Shown: one piece after another, positions 8,506 to 17,246 of the stretch
Numbering within the stretch: position 1 is the first letter of the stretch
Layout: each line of letters opens with the position of its first letter
Translations under genes and position numbers: made by a program
Notes under the pieces: model-generated
Told to the model about the DNA's origin: nothing
Databases searched by the model: none
What the model saw: only the letters and a program-made list of their open reading frames with translations
Virus record (IMG/VR): IMGVR_UViG_3300042363_001419
Location: 1 to 46,587 of that record
Source: a virus
Taxonomy: Duplodnaviria; Caudoviricetes
DNA length: 46,587 nucleotides
Reading direction: 5' to 3' (one strand)

Positions 8506-8985
8506 TTAGTTAATTTCAGGAAATTCTGATTCGTCAATTGGTTCTACAATTGATTCGATAACTGGCTCAACTGCAACTGGTGCAACTGGCGCGATAGGCA
8601 TAATTGGTGCAACTGGTGCAACTGCCTTTGGCGCTGAAGGTTCAACTAAATTAGATAGAGTAACTCCATCCTCTTCGTCAACCTTTTGAATTAGCATTTT
8701 GTCACGGTCTTCTGAATTAAACCAGTAGTCAACAACTTTATTCAAGTTACCAACGAAAGCTCCTAATAAGATTAGTAACATTTCTTTCCAGTCTTCTCCG
8801 ATCGTCGCGCCTAAAAATACTCCAGCATTAATTCCTAAGATAATGAAGAAAAACAGACCCAATACGATTGCAGTAATTGTCCAACGGTTAGATTGCATTT
8901 GTTGCAACATGTAATAGAAACGGTTTTTATCATCTACTTTTACGTATTCGGCTTGTGCTCCGAACATTTTACTTAATTTGCTCAT
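8506..8985 (-). CDS. Two-TM membrane protein with Pro/Val/Ala-rich acidic tail (holin-like?)
   Basis: Two hydrophobic helices ending VVDYWFNSE; PVA repeats. Confidence 0.6.
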   Translation of the reverse strand: MSKLSKMFGAQAEYVKVDDKNRFYYMLQQMQSNRWTITAIVLGLFFFIILGINAGVFLGATIGEDWKEMLLILLGAFVGNLNKVVDYWFNSEDRDKMLIQKVDEEDGVTLSNLVEPSAPKAVAPVAPIMPIAPVAPVAVEPVIESIVEPIDESEFPEIN

Positions 8986-9007
8986 GTTTTTTACGACATT
9001 TTTTTAA

Positions 9008-9340
9008 TTACCAAGGAGATTCCTCTTTCTTTGGTTCTTCCTTCTTTTTCTCTGCAGGAGCGGCAGCTTTTTCAATCACTCTTTCTTTAATGATTGTGTT
9101 TGTTGCAGCGGGTTGAGCCGATGCAGCTTGTGATTGTTGAACGTTAACTATAACAGGAGCAGCAGCCGGGACAGCTTGTTCAGTTTTAGTTTCCTCTTTA
9201 TCGCTTCCGCCGTTGAATAGAGTTGTTGTAACCCAAGTACCTCCAGCAAGAACAACAGTTGAAAGAGTTCCGATCAACGTTTTCTTTAGTCCAGACCAAG
9301 TACTTTCATTGGCCTCAACTGCGTTTGTTTCTTCAGACAT
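9008..9340 (-). CDS. Single-TM protein with low-complexity Ala/Glu/Lys tail
   Basis: One hydrophobic helix; PVIVNVQQ and TIIKERVIE segments. Confidence 0.7.
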   Translation of the reverse strand: MSEETNAVEANESTWSGLKKTLIGTLSTVVLAGGTWVTTTLFNGGSDKEETKTEQAVPAAAPVIVNVQQSQAASAQPAATNTIIKERVIEKAAAPAEKKKEEPKKEESPW

Positions 9341-9360
9341 GTTTGTCAGTTAGATTTTTT

Positions 9361-11286
9361 TTATTTGATTTTAACTATGCGCTTAGCGACTAGTTGTGAA
9401 TCCTGTGTTTGTAATACTGCTGTATACATTCCAGCAGAAAGATTACCTAAGTCAGCAGAATACGAGTATTTGCCGCTAGGTACGCTACCATCTAATACAG
9501 TTAGTTTAAGTTGACCGTCTATTCCATAGATTGCAACTACTGCATGTGTATCATCGATAACATTAAAAGAAATTCTAATTTCGCCTTCGGTTGGGTTTGG
9601 ATAAACTTCCATTTCTTGGTCTTCACCTAATTGAAAGCCTCCGCCTCTAACTCTAAGAACCTGTACCATTCCATTAGTTGGAGTGATAATCATGTCTTTA
9701 GCATTATAGTCTCCAGCAAATTTACGAGTTGTATATAATGGGCTCTTTCCCCAATCAGCTTGAGGTTTTAAAGCTGCGAACTGAATAGTTACAACTTCGT
9801 CACCGTCATTCATTAAGTTATCCTTAGCTGATGGATCAAATCCGCCCCATTCAACGATTGAATCTATTGGATTTACAAATGCCATCCACTTTTGAGATTT
9901 CTCTGATCCGTCAATACCTCTAAATTCAAGAATTGATGGATCGTATTTAAGTGCTAATTGAAGAGCTCCAACCGCTTGACCATTAGTTATAAGTTTAACT
10001 GGGATATTTACCAAGTTTCCTTCGCTAACTGTTAAGTTTGGAACGTTAACTTCTAATTGATTCAAGAATGGATTATCGTATTCAACGGTTTCGTCAATTA
10101 CGTATTTGTGAGCATTAGCTGGGTTAATAATAGGAATTGGAGTTAAACGTGCCATGTGGTAACCTGTACCGTTTGCATCTCCTGGAGAAGCAACATAGAA
10201 TTTAACTGAGTCAATAACTCCTCCACTGATTGTGTAGTACAGATTAGTTGTACCTGAGATAGTAGAAGTGTAGTTAGTTGAAGATCCATTGATTGTAGAA
10301 TATTCAGATGCAGTAAAGAATAAAATATCCTTAACTGAGTTAGGCCATGCAGTAAAACGTCCAGCGATTCTTCCGAATACGCCATATACGTCAGCAATTG
10401 TAATACCTTTAGAACCGTTAACATCAGCTGCATAGAAATCAAAACCAGTTGGAGAAGATACTCCAAGAACCCAGTCATTAATTTTCTGAGCGTCCGCAGT
10501 TGAAACAATATTACCTACACCAAGAGTATCACCTTTAACAAATAAGCGAGCATCATAGTAAGTAGTATCAACTTCTTCTGAGAAAGAGAATTTACCTTGA
10601 GTGTTAGTTGTGTAAACTCCTACTTGAGTCCAAGTTGAACCAGTCTTAGGTTTCTTTTCAAGTGCGATAGTTAAATTCTTTGCAGCAGTACCAGTAACGT
10701 TTGCGAATTCACCATGAAAATCAAGCTTAACGTTCTTCATAACTCCACCATAGTTGTGAAGTGTTAGTGAATCGTCAGCACCGCTAATGTTAGCTGACCT
10801 TACTGGGAAGGTAGTTGTACCAGTAATTGCCATGTTTGAAATGGCTGTGTAATTCTGGAAGTTAGCCGAGTGTGTAAACTCTACTGTGAACTGTCTTCCG
10901 TCTGGGATCGTGAATGTTGAACTAGATCCAGTGTACGCAATGGTAATTGTAATATTACCTTCAGTTGAGTCAACCACATATTTTAGACTCTGCGACCAGC
11001 TAGTATTGGCTGAAGTAACTACTGCTTTTGCACCAGCAAAAGCAGTCTTGTCATACCATACTCTGAATTGGAGAGCTGTTATTTTTGTGGTTGTTGTGTT
11101 TGCATAGCAAAAGCTAGCATAAGTTTTGCCCGAAGCTACGGTACCTACTTGATAAGAAGAATCAATTAGGACGTAAGGAGAGGTGCTAGAAGGAACGGAC
11201 GGGCAAGTCTGTGCCTTCACTGTGCCGGGAAGAAAGCTTACGACGAATAAGCTTACCGCCAGCATTAGCAGTTTAATTTTTTGCAT
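9361..11286 (-). CDS. Cohesin-like / Ig / dockerin / cohesin-like protein with T9SS (Por) C-terminal sorting domain
   Basis: Signal peptide; ITALQFRVWYD and VGALQLALKYDP cohesin motifs; VSTADA...AADVNGSKGITIADV dockerin; C-terminal VYPNP...LSAGMY...KRIVK CTD. Confidence 0.8.
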   Translation of the reverse strand: MQKIKLLMLAVSLFVVSFLPGTVKAQTCPSVPSSTSPYVLIDSSYQVGTVASGKTYASFCYANTTTTKITALQFRVWYDKTAFAGAKAVVTSANTSWSQSLKYVVDSTEGNITITIAYTGSSSTFTIPDGRQFTVEFTHSANFQNYTAISNMAITGTTTFPVRSANISGADDSLTLHNYGGVMKNVKLDFHGEFANVTGTAAKNLTIALEKKPKTGSTWTQVGVYTTNTQGKFSFSEEVDTTYYDARLFVKGDTLGVGNIVSTADAQKINDWVLGVSSPTGFDFYAADVNGSKGITIADVYGVFGRIAGRFTAWPNSVKDILFFTASEYSTINGSSTNYTSTISGTTNLYYTISGGVIDSVKFYVASPGDANGTGYHMARLTPIPIINPANAHKYVIDETVEYDNPFLNQLEVNVPNLTVSEGNLVNIPVKLITNGQAVGALQLALKYDPSILEFRGIDGSEKSQKWMAFVNPIDSIVEWGGFDPSAKDNLMNDGDEVVTIQFAALKPQADWGKSPLYTTRKFAGDYNAKDMIITPTNGMVQVLRVRGGGFQLGEDQEMEVYPNPTEGEIRISFNVIDDTHAVVAIYGIDGQLKLTVLDGSVPSGKYSYSADLGNLSAGMYTAVLQTQDSQLVAKRIVKIK

Positions 11287-11302
11287 TTTTTACGACTTTT
11301 TA

Positions 11303-11311
11303 GTTATTTAT
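11303..11311 (-). promoter_or_regulatory. Late promoter ATAAATAAC heading the envelope cluster
   Basis: Exact motif 16 nt upstream of the 641-aa gene ATG, just downstream of a terminator. Confidence 0.65.
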
Positions 11312-11320
11312 CCAAAAAAC

Positions 11321-11347
11321 AAACGCCCGGAACTGGTCCAGGCGTTT
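11321..11347 (-). terminator. Intrinsic terminator
   Basis: AAACGCC...GGCGTTT stem followed by a T-run on the minus strand. Confidence 0.65.
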
Positions 11348-11370
11348 CTGTCGTAAAAATTTGCTAATAA

Positions 11371-11550
11371 TTACTTAGCTGAATCAACTGCTAACGTGTC
11401 AGCAGTTATTGCAACTGAATCAACGCTGGTTGAATCAACCATAGTTGTGTCAGTATCAGAAGCTGTGTTTGCAGTACCTGATGGCGTGCAGCTTGTAATA
11501 GTTGCGATTGCAACGAACGCAAAAGCGATAGCGAAAATTGTCTTTCTCAT
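11371..11550 (-). CDS. Small Bacteroidota-type lipoprotein, 59 aa, rich in D-S/T motifs
   Basis: Read by hand: MRKTIFAIAFAFVAIATITSC-TPSGTANTASDTDTTMVDSTSVDSVAITADTLAVDSAK; lipobox ITSC. Confidence 0.8.
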   Translation of the reverse strand: MRKTIFAIAFAFVAIATITSCTPSGTANTASDTDTTMVDSTSVDSVAITADTLAVDSAK

Positions 11551-11590
11551 CTGTTCTTGTTTTTTTATGTTAGTAATAAAGAATATTATA

Positions 11591-11962
11591 CTAAACTTTC
11601 TTTCTGAGTTTCCTTAAAATGTACCGTCTGGCCTCAAGTTTATCACAGTTACTGCGGTTATTTGAACTTATCTCGAATGGGTGATCCTCGTAGCTTACTG
11701 TGTATTCATGGTACTCATTCATGTCCTGTTGAAAATGGGTGTACTCATGAATCATAGTCGAACACCAGCCTATCAGAGATCGGTGATACCTGGGATTCAG
11801 GGTGATTGTATTGGTGTATTGCAGGTACTGGCCAATATACTCTAGATTAGGATCAAGTTTGATCTTTAAGGTTTTTACGTTAGCATATTCGCTAGGTCCA
11901 TACTTTTCAATACACCAACCCAATATTAGCTTTGCGCTTTTAAGGTTAATGTGAGGACTCAT
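11591..11962 (-). CDS. Small zincin-like metallopeptidase
   Basis: TMIHEYTHFQQ (HExxH) plus downstream Y..HPFE. Confidence 0.7.
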   Translation of the reverse strand: MSPHINLKSAKLILGWCIEKYGPSEYANVKTLKIKLDPNLEYIGQYLQYTNTITLNPRYHRSLIGWCSTMIHEYTHFQQDMNEYHEYTVSYEDHPFEISSNNRSNCDKLEARRYILRKLRKKV

Positions 11963-12000
11963 ACAGTTTTATTTATTCCAGTTTAGACCGGTCTTGTAAA

Positions 12001-12009
12001 ATAAATAAC
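12001..12009 (+). promoter_or_regulatory. Late promoter ATAAATAAC for the endolysin
   Basis: Exact motif 17 nt upstream of the ATG at 12027; divergent variant at 11967-11976. Confidence 0.65.
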
Positions 12010-12026
12010 AAGAAACTTTCAAAACT

Positions 12027-12860
12027 ATGTTATTAAAAAACGGATCAACCGGGCCTGAAGTTAAGCAACTACAGGAAAAGTTAGGTTTGGGTGCAGACGG
12101 TCAGTTCGGACCGGGTACTGAAGCCAAAGTAAAAGAATGGCAAGCTGCCAACGGGTTAACAGCTGATGGTATTGTTGGTCCATCTTCTTGGGCAAAAATG
12201 ATGGGTGAAGCTGCACCAGTTGCTGCTACTCCTGCCCCAGCTGCAGCTATTCCAGCAAGCGGGTTCAAACTTGCAAACCTAAAAGGTCATGTGCCTGATG
12301 CAGTAATTGCACAGATTCCTGATACTGCTGCTAAATTCAATATTACTACTCCATTAAGACTAGCACATTTCCTTTCTCAGTGTGGACACGAAAGTGGCGG
12401 GTTTAAAGCAGTATCTGAAAACTTAAATTACGGAGCGGACGGTCTAAAAAGAATTTTCCCTAAGTACTTCCCAGGTGCGCTAAATGAATCTTATGCTCGT
12501 CAACCTGAAAAAATAGCTAACCGCGTTTACTCTTCTCGTATGGGTAATGGTGACGAAGCTTCAGGCGAAGGTTTTAAATTCCGCGGTCGTGGTTATATCC
12601 AATTGACTGGAAAATCAAACTATGCTGCTTTCGATAAAACCGTTAGCGAAGATATTTTAGCTAGTCCTGATTTGGTTGCAACTAAATACCCATTAATGTC
12701 AGCTGCTTTCTTCTTTAACAATAATAGCCTTTGGTCTATTTGTGATAAAGGAGCAGACACTGCTACTGTAACTGCTGTTACTAAAAGAGTAAATGGTGGA
12801 ACAATCGGGCTTGATGATCGTATTAAACACTTTAATGAGTATTACGCTCTATTGAAGTAA
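12027..12860 (+). CDS. Endolysin: PG-binding domain + glycoside hydrolase family 19
   Basis: DGQFGPGT/ADGIVGP PG_binding_1 motifs; AHFLSQCGHESGGF, ENLNY, FRGRGYIQLTG, VTKRVNGG GH19 motifs. Confidence 0.93.
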   Translation: MLLKNGSTGPEVKQLQEKLGLGADGQFGPGTEAKVKEWQAANGLTADGIVGPSSWAKMMGEAAPVAATPAPAAAIPASGFKLANLKGHVPDAVIAQIPDTAAKFNITTPLRLAHFLSQCGHESGGFKAVSENLNYGADGLKRIFPKYFPGALNESYARQPEKIANRVYSSRMGNGDEASGEGFKFRGRGYIQLTGKSNYAAFDKTVSEDILASPDLVATKYPLMSAAFFFNNNSLWSICDKGADTATVTAVTKRVNGGTIGLDDRIKHFNEYYALLK

Positions 12861-12895
12861 TTGTTGATATTCATCGTCGTAAAATAATATCAACC

Positions 12896-13639
12896 GTGAA
12901 ATACTTAATACTGATAATAGTAATACTATCAGCTCAATTAAGTAGTGCTCAAACAACTAAATCACTTTCCCTTGGAGCCGATGGTTCCAGGGGAAACTTT
13001 AGTTCAGTTGGAGTTACTCTTAAAGCTGATCTAAAAAAGGATGCTGGAAAGTACCAGTATGCTTGGGTCTCAACCTATCGTTGGAGCGAACAGTCGGCGT
13101 ATGGTAAGAACACTCTTAACCTATACGAAAACGAACTATATGGAACTGGTAGCATTACCAAGCAATTAGGTAAATGGAAGCTAATGGCATTTACTGAAGA
13201 CGAGAAATCTTATCTAAGAAAGATTAGACTAAGGGGCTCATTAGGTCTTGGACTAGGCCATTCAATTATTAAGGCTAGGGGTTTTGATGTTGTTATATCA
13301 GAAGTTATACTACCTGAATATTACTGGTCAAGTGAATCTGTCTCAAAGAATAATTTTACAGTTAGAGCCTCAACTCGATTTAAGTTTGAATACGTTAAGG
13401 GCATATTTAAAACTTCATCCGTAACTTTATTTCAACCTGCAGTTTTTTCAACTAGAGATGTAAGTTTCAATGACAACTTAAATTTACGTAGTACCAATTC
13501 AATATCCTTTAAATTAAATACGGTGATTGAACTTGGTGTTCTATACACAATTAGCTATCAAGGCTATCCTCATTACCTAAACAAAGCGGTCAGCCCTTCA
13601 CAGGAGACCGCTTCATTAATGGTAAAGTGTAATTTCTAA
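12896..13639 (+). CDS. DUF481-like outer-membrane beta-barrel protein
   Basis: Signal peptide, SRGN start, LGLGLG strand, amphipathic strands, terminal Phe. Confidence 0.65.
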   Translation: MKYLILIIVILSAQLSSAQTTKSLSLGADGSRGNFSSVGVTLKADLKKDAGKYQYAWVSTYRWSEQSAYGKNTLNLYENELYGTGSITKQLGKWKLMAFTEDEKSYLRKIRLRGSLGLGLGHSIIKARGFDVVISEVILPEYYWSSESVSKNNFTVRASTRFKFEYVKGIFKTSSVTLFQPAVFSTRDVSFNDNLNLRSTNSISFKLNTVIELGVLYTISYQGYPHYLNKAVSPSQETASLMVKCNF

Positions 13640-13816
13640 TTACTCGAAGTTAACTCCTTGTAATTTAACATAGTCAGTAAAGGCTTTCTCTGCCTCTTCT
13701 TTTGTTTTGAATGGACCGCCTGGTACTACTTGATCAAATTCAGTTGGGTCAGTTACGTGGAATTCTCCGTCTAGTGTTTCGTAAACGAAAGAGTCTAAGA
13801 TGTCTTGTGTTATCAT
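13640..13816 (-). CDS. Hypothetical protein, 58 aa (MITQDILDSF...GPFKTKEEAEKA)
   Basis: Read by hand; directly follows prs. Confidence 0.7.
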   Translation of the reverse strand: MITQDILDSFVYETLDGEFHVTDPTEFDQVVPGGPFKTKEEAEKAFTDYVKLQGVNFE

Positions 13817-13821
13817 GTGAG

Positions 13822-14775
13822 TTAAATTGTTTCTAAGTGATTGTCCATTGAAATTGATTTAACCATTGCTTCAATTGCCGCAGCAATCGCAGCTGAGCAA
13901 GTTACGACCTGTATTTTAGGATTGTCAATTTGCTCGATTGAATCTGTGATTATTAATTTATCTAAGTCGGTTGACCCAGCAATACGGTCATGGCCTACAC
14001 CTGATAGGACTCCGTGCGAAATCATTGCTGTTACTTTCTTTGCACCGCCTTCTTTTAACAAGCGTGCTGCATTTACTAAGGTTCCGCCAGTATCAATCAT
14101 ATCGTCTACTAAGATTACGTGGCGATCCTTAACATCTCCAATAAGATCCATTCGTTCAATTGAATTTGGTTTATCCCTAAGTTTCGACAGCATTGCAAAA
14201 TGGGTGTTTGGAAACTTATACAAAAATTTTTGATAGAATTTGCTAGCTCGCTTTACTCCACCTGCATCAGGCGAACAAATACAGTAGTCATCTGCTGGTA
14301 ATCGTCTAACAAATGAAGAGAATGCTATATGACCTGGAATCATATTAACTGGAATATCAAAGAATCCTTGAATCTGTTCAGCATGCAAATCAATTGCAAT
14401 CAACCGATCTGCTCCAGCCGTTTGTAATAGGTCAGCCATTAATTTTGCACCAATTGCTCCGCGAGTTCCTTCCTTACGGTCTTGACGAGAATATCCAAAG
14501 TAAGGTAAAACTAAAATTACTTCAGAGGCTGACGCTCTTTTAGCTGCATCGATTGCAAGTAATAGAGTAATCATTTTCTCTGGTGAAGTTGTGCTGGAAA
14601 CTAAAAACACTTTTTGATCTCTAACTGACTCCATGAACTGTGGACTGATTTCCCCATCTGAGAACTTATCTATTTTTAAGGTTCCCAAGATCTGATCAAC
14701 ATTATCAGAATCTATTTTGTTAGCAATTTTTTGGGCTAATTGCGAGCCGTCAACTGAGAAAATTTTGTAGTTCAT
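13822..14775 (-). CDS. prs: Ribose-phosphate pyrophosphokinase (PRPP synthetase)
   Basis: FSDGE, PYFGYSRQDR, DLHAEQIQGFF, SPDAGG and VDDMIDTGGT motifs. Confidence 0.95.
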   Translation of the reverse strand: MNYKIFSVDGSQLAQKIANKIDSDNVDQILGTLKIDKFSDGEISPQFMESVRDQKVFLVSSTTSPEKMITLLLAIDAAKRASASEVILVLPYFGYSRQDRKEGTRGAIGAKLMADLLQTAGADRLIAIDLHAEQIQGFFDIPVNMIPGHIAFSSFVRRLPADDYCICSPDAGGVKRASKFYQKFLYKFPNTHFAMLSKLRDKPNSIERMDLIGDVKDRHVILVDDMIDTGGTLVNAARLLKEGGAKKVTAMISHGVLSGVGHDRIAGSTDLDKLIITDSIEQIDNPKIQVVTCSAAIAAAIEAMVKSISMDNHLETI

Positions 14776-15239
14776 TATTGCTTTTTGGAATTTGTTTTTT
14801 TCTTTAACATTTCTTCTGGAGTAAGTAGAGCTCTGCCAAATTCGCTCATGCGTTCAGCATATCTCTCCTTAACTCTTTCGCTGATTGATAGGGGATTACC
14901 CTCGTCATCTATTCGTACGAACTTAATATTCGTATGTGTAACTACGGTTTGCAGACCTGTGTAAACATTATGCTTACGAACCTCAATGTACATAGTTACT
15001 GATGTGTTTCCGAATTCCTTGACCTCAGCGTAGACCTTTATGATATTACCAATCTTAACTGGCTTCTTAAAAACCAATTCATCTATCTTTAAGGTGACAA
15101 CTCTTTGCGTATCGCAAATTTGCGAAGCATACGCAGCTGAGGCATCGTCAATAATTGAAAGGATTGTGCCGCCGAACATATTGTCATGGACTCCGATGTC
15201 TCCTTTCTTGCAAATATATGTTGTGATAAGTTCCATCAT
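14775..15239 (-). CDS. Acyl-CoA thioesterase (hotdog fold, YciA-like)
   Basis: DIGVHDNMFGG..LSIID, VVT, FKKPVKIG, GNTS, FVRIDDEGNP; start re-called at 15239 (TAATG coupling). Confidence 0.88.
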   Translation of the reverse strand: MMELITTYICKKGDIGVHDNMFGGTILSIIDDASAAYASQICDTQRVVTLKIDELVFKKPVKIGNIIKVYAEVKEFGNTSVTMYIEVRKHNVYTGLQTVVTHTNIKFVRIDDEGNPLSISERVKERYAERMSEFGRALLTPEEMLKKKTNSKKQ

Positions 15240-15484
15240 TACTCTACTGCGAATCCTATAAGTCTGCTTAGACTGACCTTGGCTTCTGGTGATTGAATTG
15301 GGTAGTTCCAAATTCTACCGCTTGAATCAGCGATTGAGATTTCTCCATCAATGAATGCGATTAATCCCTTAACTGTTACGCGAGCAATTGTTTTATTCCA
15401 TTGATCAGTTATGCTCAGGCCTGAGTCGTCTTTTACTAATTGAAGCACTGGGCCTTCAAAGTTTAATATTTCGATTGAGTCCAT
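15239..15484 (-). CDS. Hypothetical protein
   Basis: 81-aa ORF translationally coupled between neighbours. Confidence 0.7.
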   Translation of the reverse strand: MDSIEILNFEGPVLQLVKDDSGLSITDQWNKTIARVTVKGLIAFIDGEISIADSSGRIWNYPIQSPEAKVSLSRLIGFAVE

Positions 15485-15485
15485 A

Positions 15486-16850
15486 CTATTTTATAGTTGC
15501 TTTTAAATTTTTCTTTAGGTCAGCTAAGTCTTCTCTGTACATATCAATTGGCTCCTTCTTTTTGATCTCAGCTAATTCAGCTTTCTTTTCAGCAACCTCT
15601 TTTAGTAATTGTTCGTAAGTTTCCTTGGTTAAGGAGTGAATCGGCATATTTAATAAGTAGTTATACGAACCATTCACCTCATCAAAATTAGCAGTCTGTA
15701 AATAGAGAATGATTTCTTTACGTTGAACATTATTAATCTTTAACTTGCCATCTATAATAAGCTTTACAAACTGAGCTTTGTTAGAAAGATAAACTAATTC
15801 TTCTCCGTATTTCTTAATTAAGAAGGCTTTACGTTTAGAATAGAAATCTAATCTGAAATTAACAAAGTAGTCCACGACTGATGCAACATCTTCAAAGATG
15901 GTTAACTTACCTTTCTCATTTAGGCAAGTTAAGTTCTCAGTCTCAGTCTCGACCATTTTTAGGGTTTGATCAAGCTTACCTCGATTAATCAAGTCTGATA
16001 AGGTTGCTCTTGCAAATTTGATTGTGTAATTAATACCATTTGCTGAATTATCGTCATACGAGTAAATGATGCCTCTATCTTGTAGAGAATTCAAATGAGC
16101 TTCATACTTTTGGAAAGTCATCGATGGCGGTAGCTCAGTAATATTTACAGTAGTCGTATTTACAATTTCATAGACTCCTCGCATAATGTATTGATTGGTA
16201 CCGGGTACCAATTCAACTGGACCAGTATATTCTCTCCACCAAGGTAAAAGTTTACCAACGCGCTTACCATCAAGTACCTTAATACATGCATCAACTAGAT
16301 CTAATGGATTACGGTTTAAGATATTGGTTGCAAAACCTACTGCAATCCCAGAACTTCCGTTTAATAAGACGGTTGGAATAATTGGTAGGAAAAATTTAGG
16401 TTCAATAACATTACCCTCTTCTACTTGATTGTCTAGCAATTCAAAATCCTTGTAAAGGAGTCTAAAATTACCAGTTAACTTAGTAGAAATATAACGAGCA
16501 GCACCAGCTTCAGGAGATCTTAGGGATCCAAACTGACCAATCTCTTCTAATAAAGGTAGAGAGTTCTTAAATGATTGAGCCATTCCAATGATTGCACCAT
16601 TAAGTGAACCATCACCATGATGATAGTGAGCATCAGCTGCAATCTTACCGCCTAATTGAAATATCTTTAGGGGCTTCTCATTACCACTACGCCAAACTTT
16701 ATCAGAGATATAAATGATTTTACGTTGAGTAGGTTTGAAACCATCAATTACTGAAGGGATCGCTCGGTTTTCTAACGTGTACATGCCGTACATCGCATAA
16801 TCCTGATCCAAGTACTCGGTAACTGTTTTACTATTCTTTAATTGTGTCAT
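15486..16850 (-). CDS. gp52: DNA topoisomerase II, breakage-reunion subunit (T4 gp52-like)
   Basis: RAIPSVIDGFKPTQRK, YHHGD, GAARY catalytic Tyr, GIAVGFAT; no GyrA CTD. Confidence 0.95.
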   Translation of the reverse strand: MTQLKNSKTVTEYLDQDYAMYGMYTLENRAIPSVIDGFKPTQRKIIYISDKVWRSGNEKPLKIFQLGGKIAADAHYHHGDGSLNGAIIGMAQSFKNSLPLLEEIGQFGSLRSPEAGAARYISTKLTGNFRLLYKDFELLDNQVEEGNVIEPKFFLPIIPTVLLNGSSGIAVGFATNILNRNPLDLVDACIKVLDGKRVGKLLPWWREYTGPVELVPGTNQYIMRGVYEIVNTTTVNITELPPSMTFQKYEAHLNSLQDRGIIYSYDDNSANGINYTIKFARATLSDLINRGKLDQTLKMVETETENLTCLNEKGKLTIFEDVASVVDYFVNFRLDFYSKRKAFLIKKYGEELVYLSNKAQFVKLIIDGKLKINNVQRKEIILYLQTANFDEVNGSYNYLLNMPIHSLTKETYEQLLKEVAEKKAELAEIKKKEPIDMYREDLADLKKNLKATIK

Positions 16851-16865
16851 TCGTTAATATTATAC

Positions 16866-17246
16866 TTAATTTAGGTCAAAGCAAACTGGTGTTAAAAAGA
16901 AATCAGTTTCGCCAATTGCGGTTAGTATTTCAAGCATGTGAGCCTCTGCTGCCACTTTAGACTCTAGAGACTCAGGATTACCCCATAGGGTAGCTTGATC
17001 AAGATGATTAAGTCTAGCAAGCCTAACAAATTCATTGTAGTCTACATCGTCTAACTTGCCTTTGAGAGGTACTAGCTTACCGACCCCAGTATTCCATGTC
17101 AGTTTACGACCGTTATACGTTATGTAGTAGTAATCTTGCTCGTCCTCGCCTATTGCAACAAGTCTTTCTATTTCCCATGAAGCTGTGATTACAAATTGAC
17201 CCTTGAGTTTTTCAAACTCCTGAATCATTAAGGTTTTATTATCCAT
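16866..17246 (-). CDS. Hypothetical protein between the topoisomerase subunits
   Basis: 126-aa ORF coupled to the upstream stop. Confidence 0.75.
   Translation of the reverse strand: MDNKTLMIQEFEKLKGQFVITASWEIERLVAIGEDEQDYYYITYNGRKLTWNTGVGKLVPLKGKLDDVDYNEFVRLARLNHLDQATLWGNPESLESKVAAEAHMLEILTAIGETDFFLTPVCFDLN

Noticed and set aside
13822-14775. NAD reconstitution (NARP1 Adps) anti-defence pathway
   Set aside because: The sequence looks like canonical Prs and no Nampt/Namat-like partner is in the window; cannot be excluded genome-wide
14775-15311. Longer starts given by the ORF track (15311; also 23057, 23241, 45133)
   Set aside because: They overlap upstream genes or promoters; downstream ATGs fit the family N-termini better
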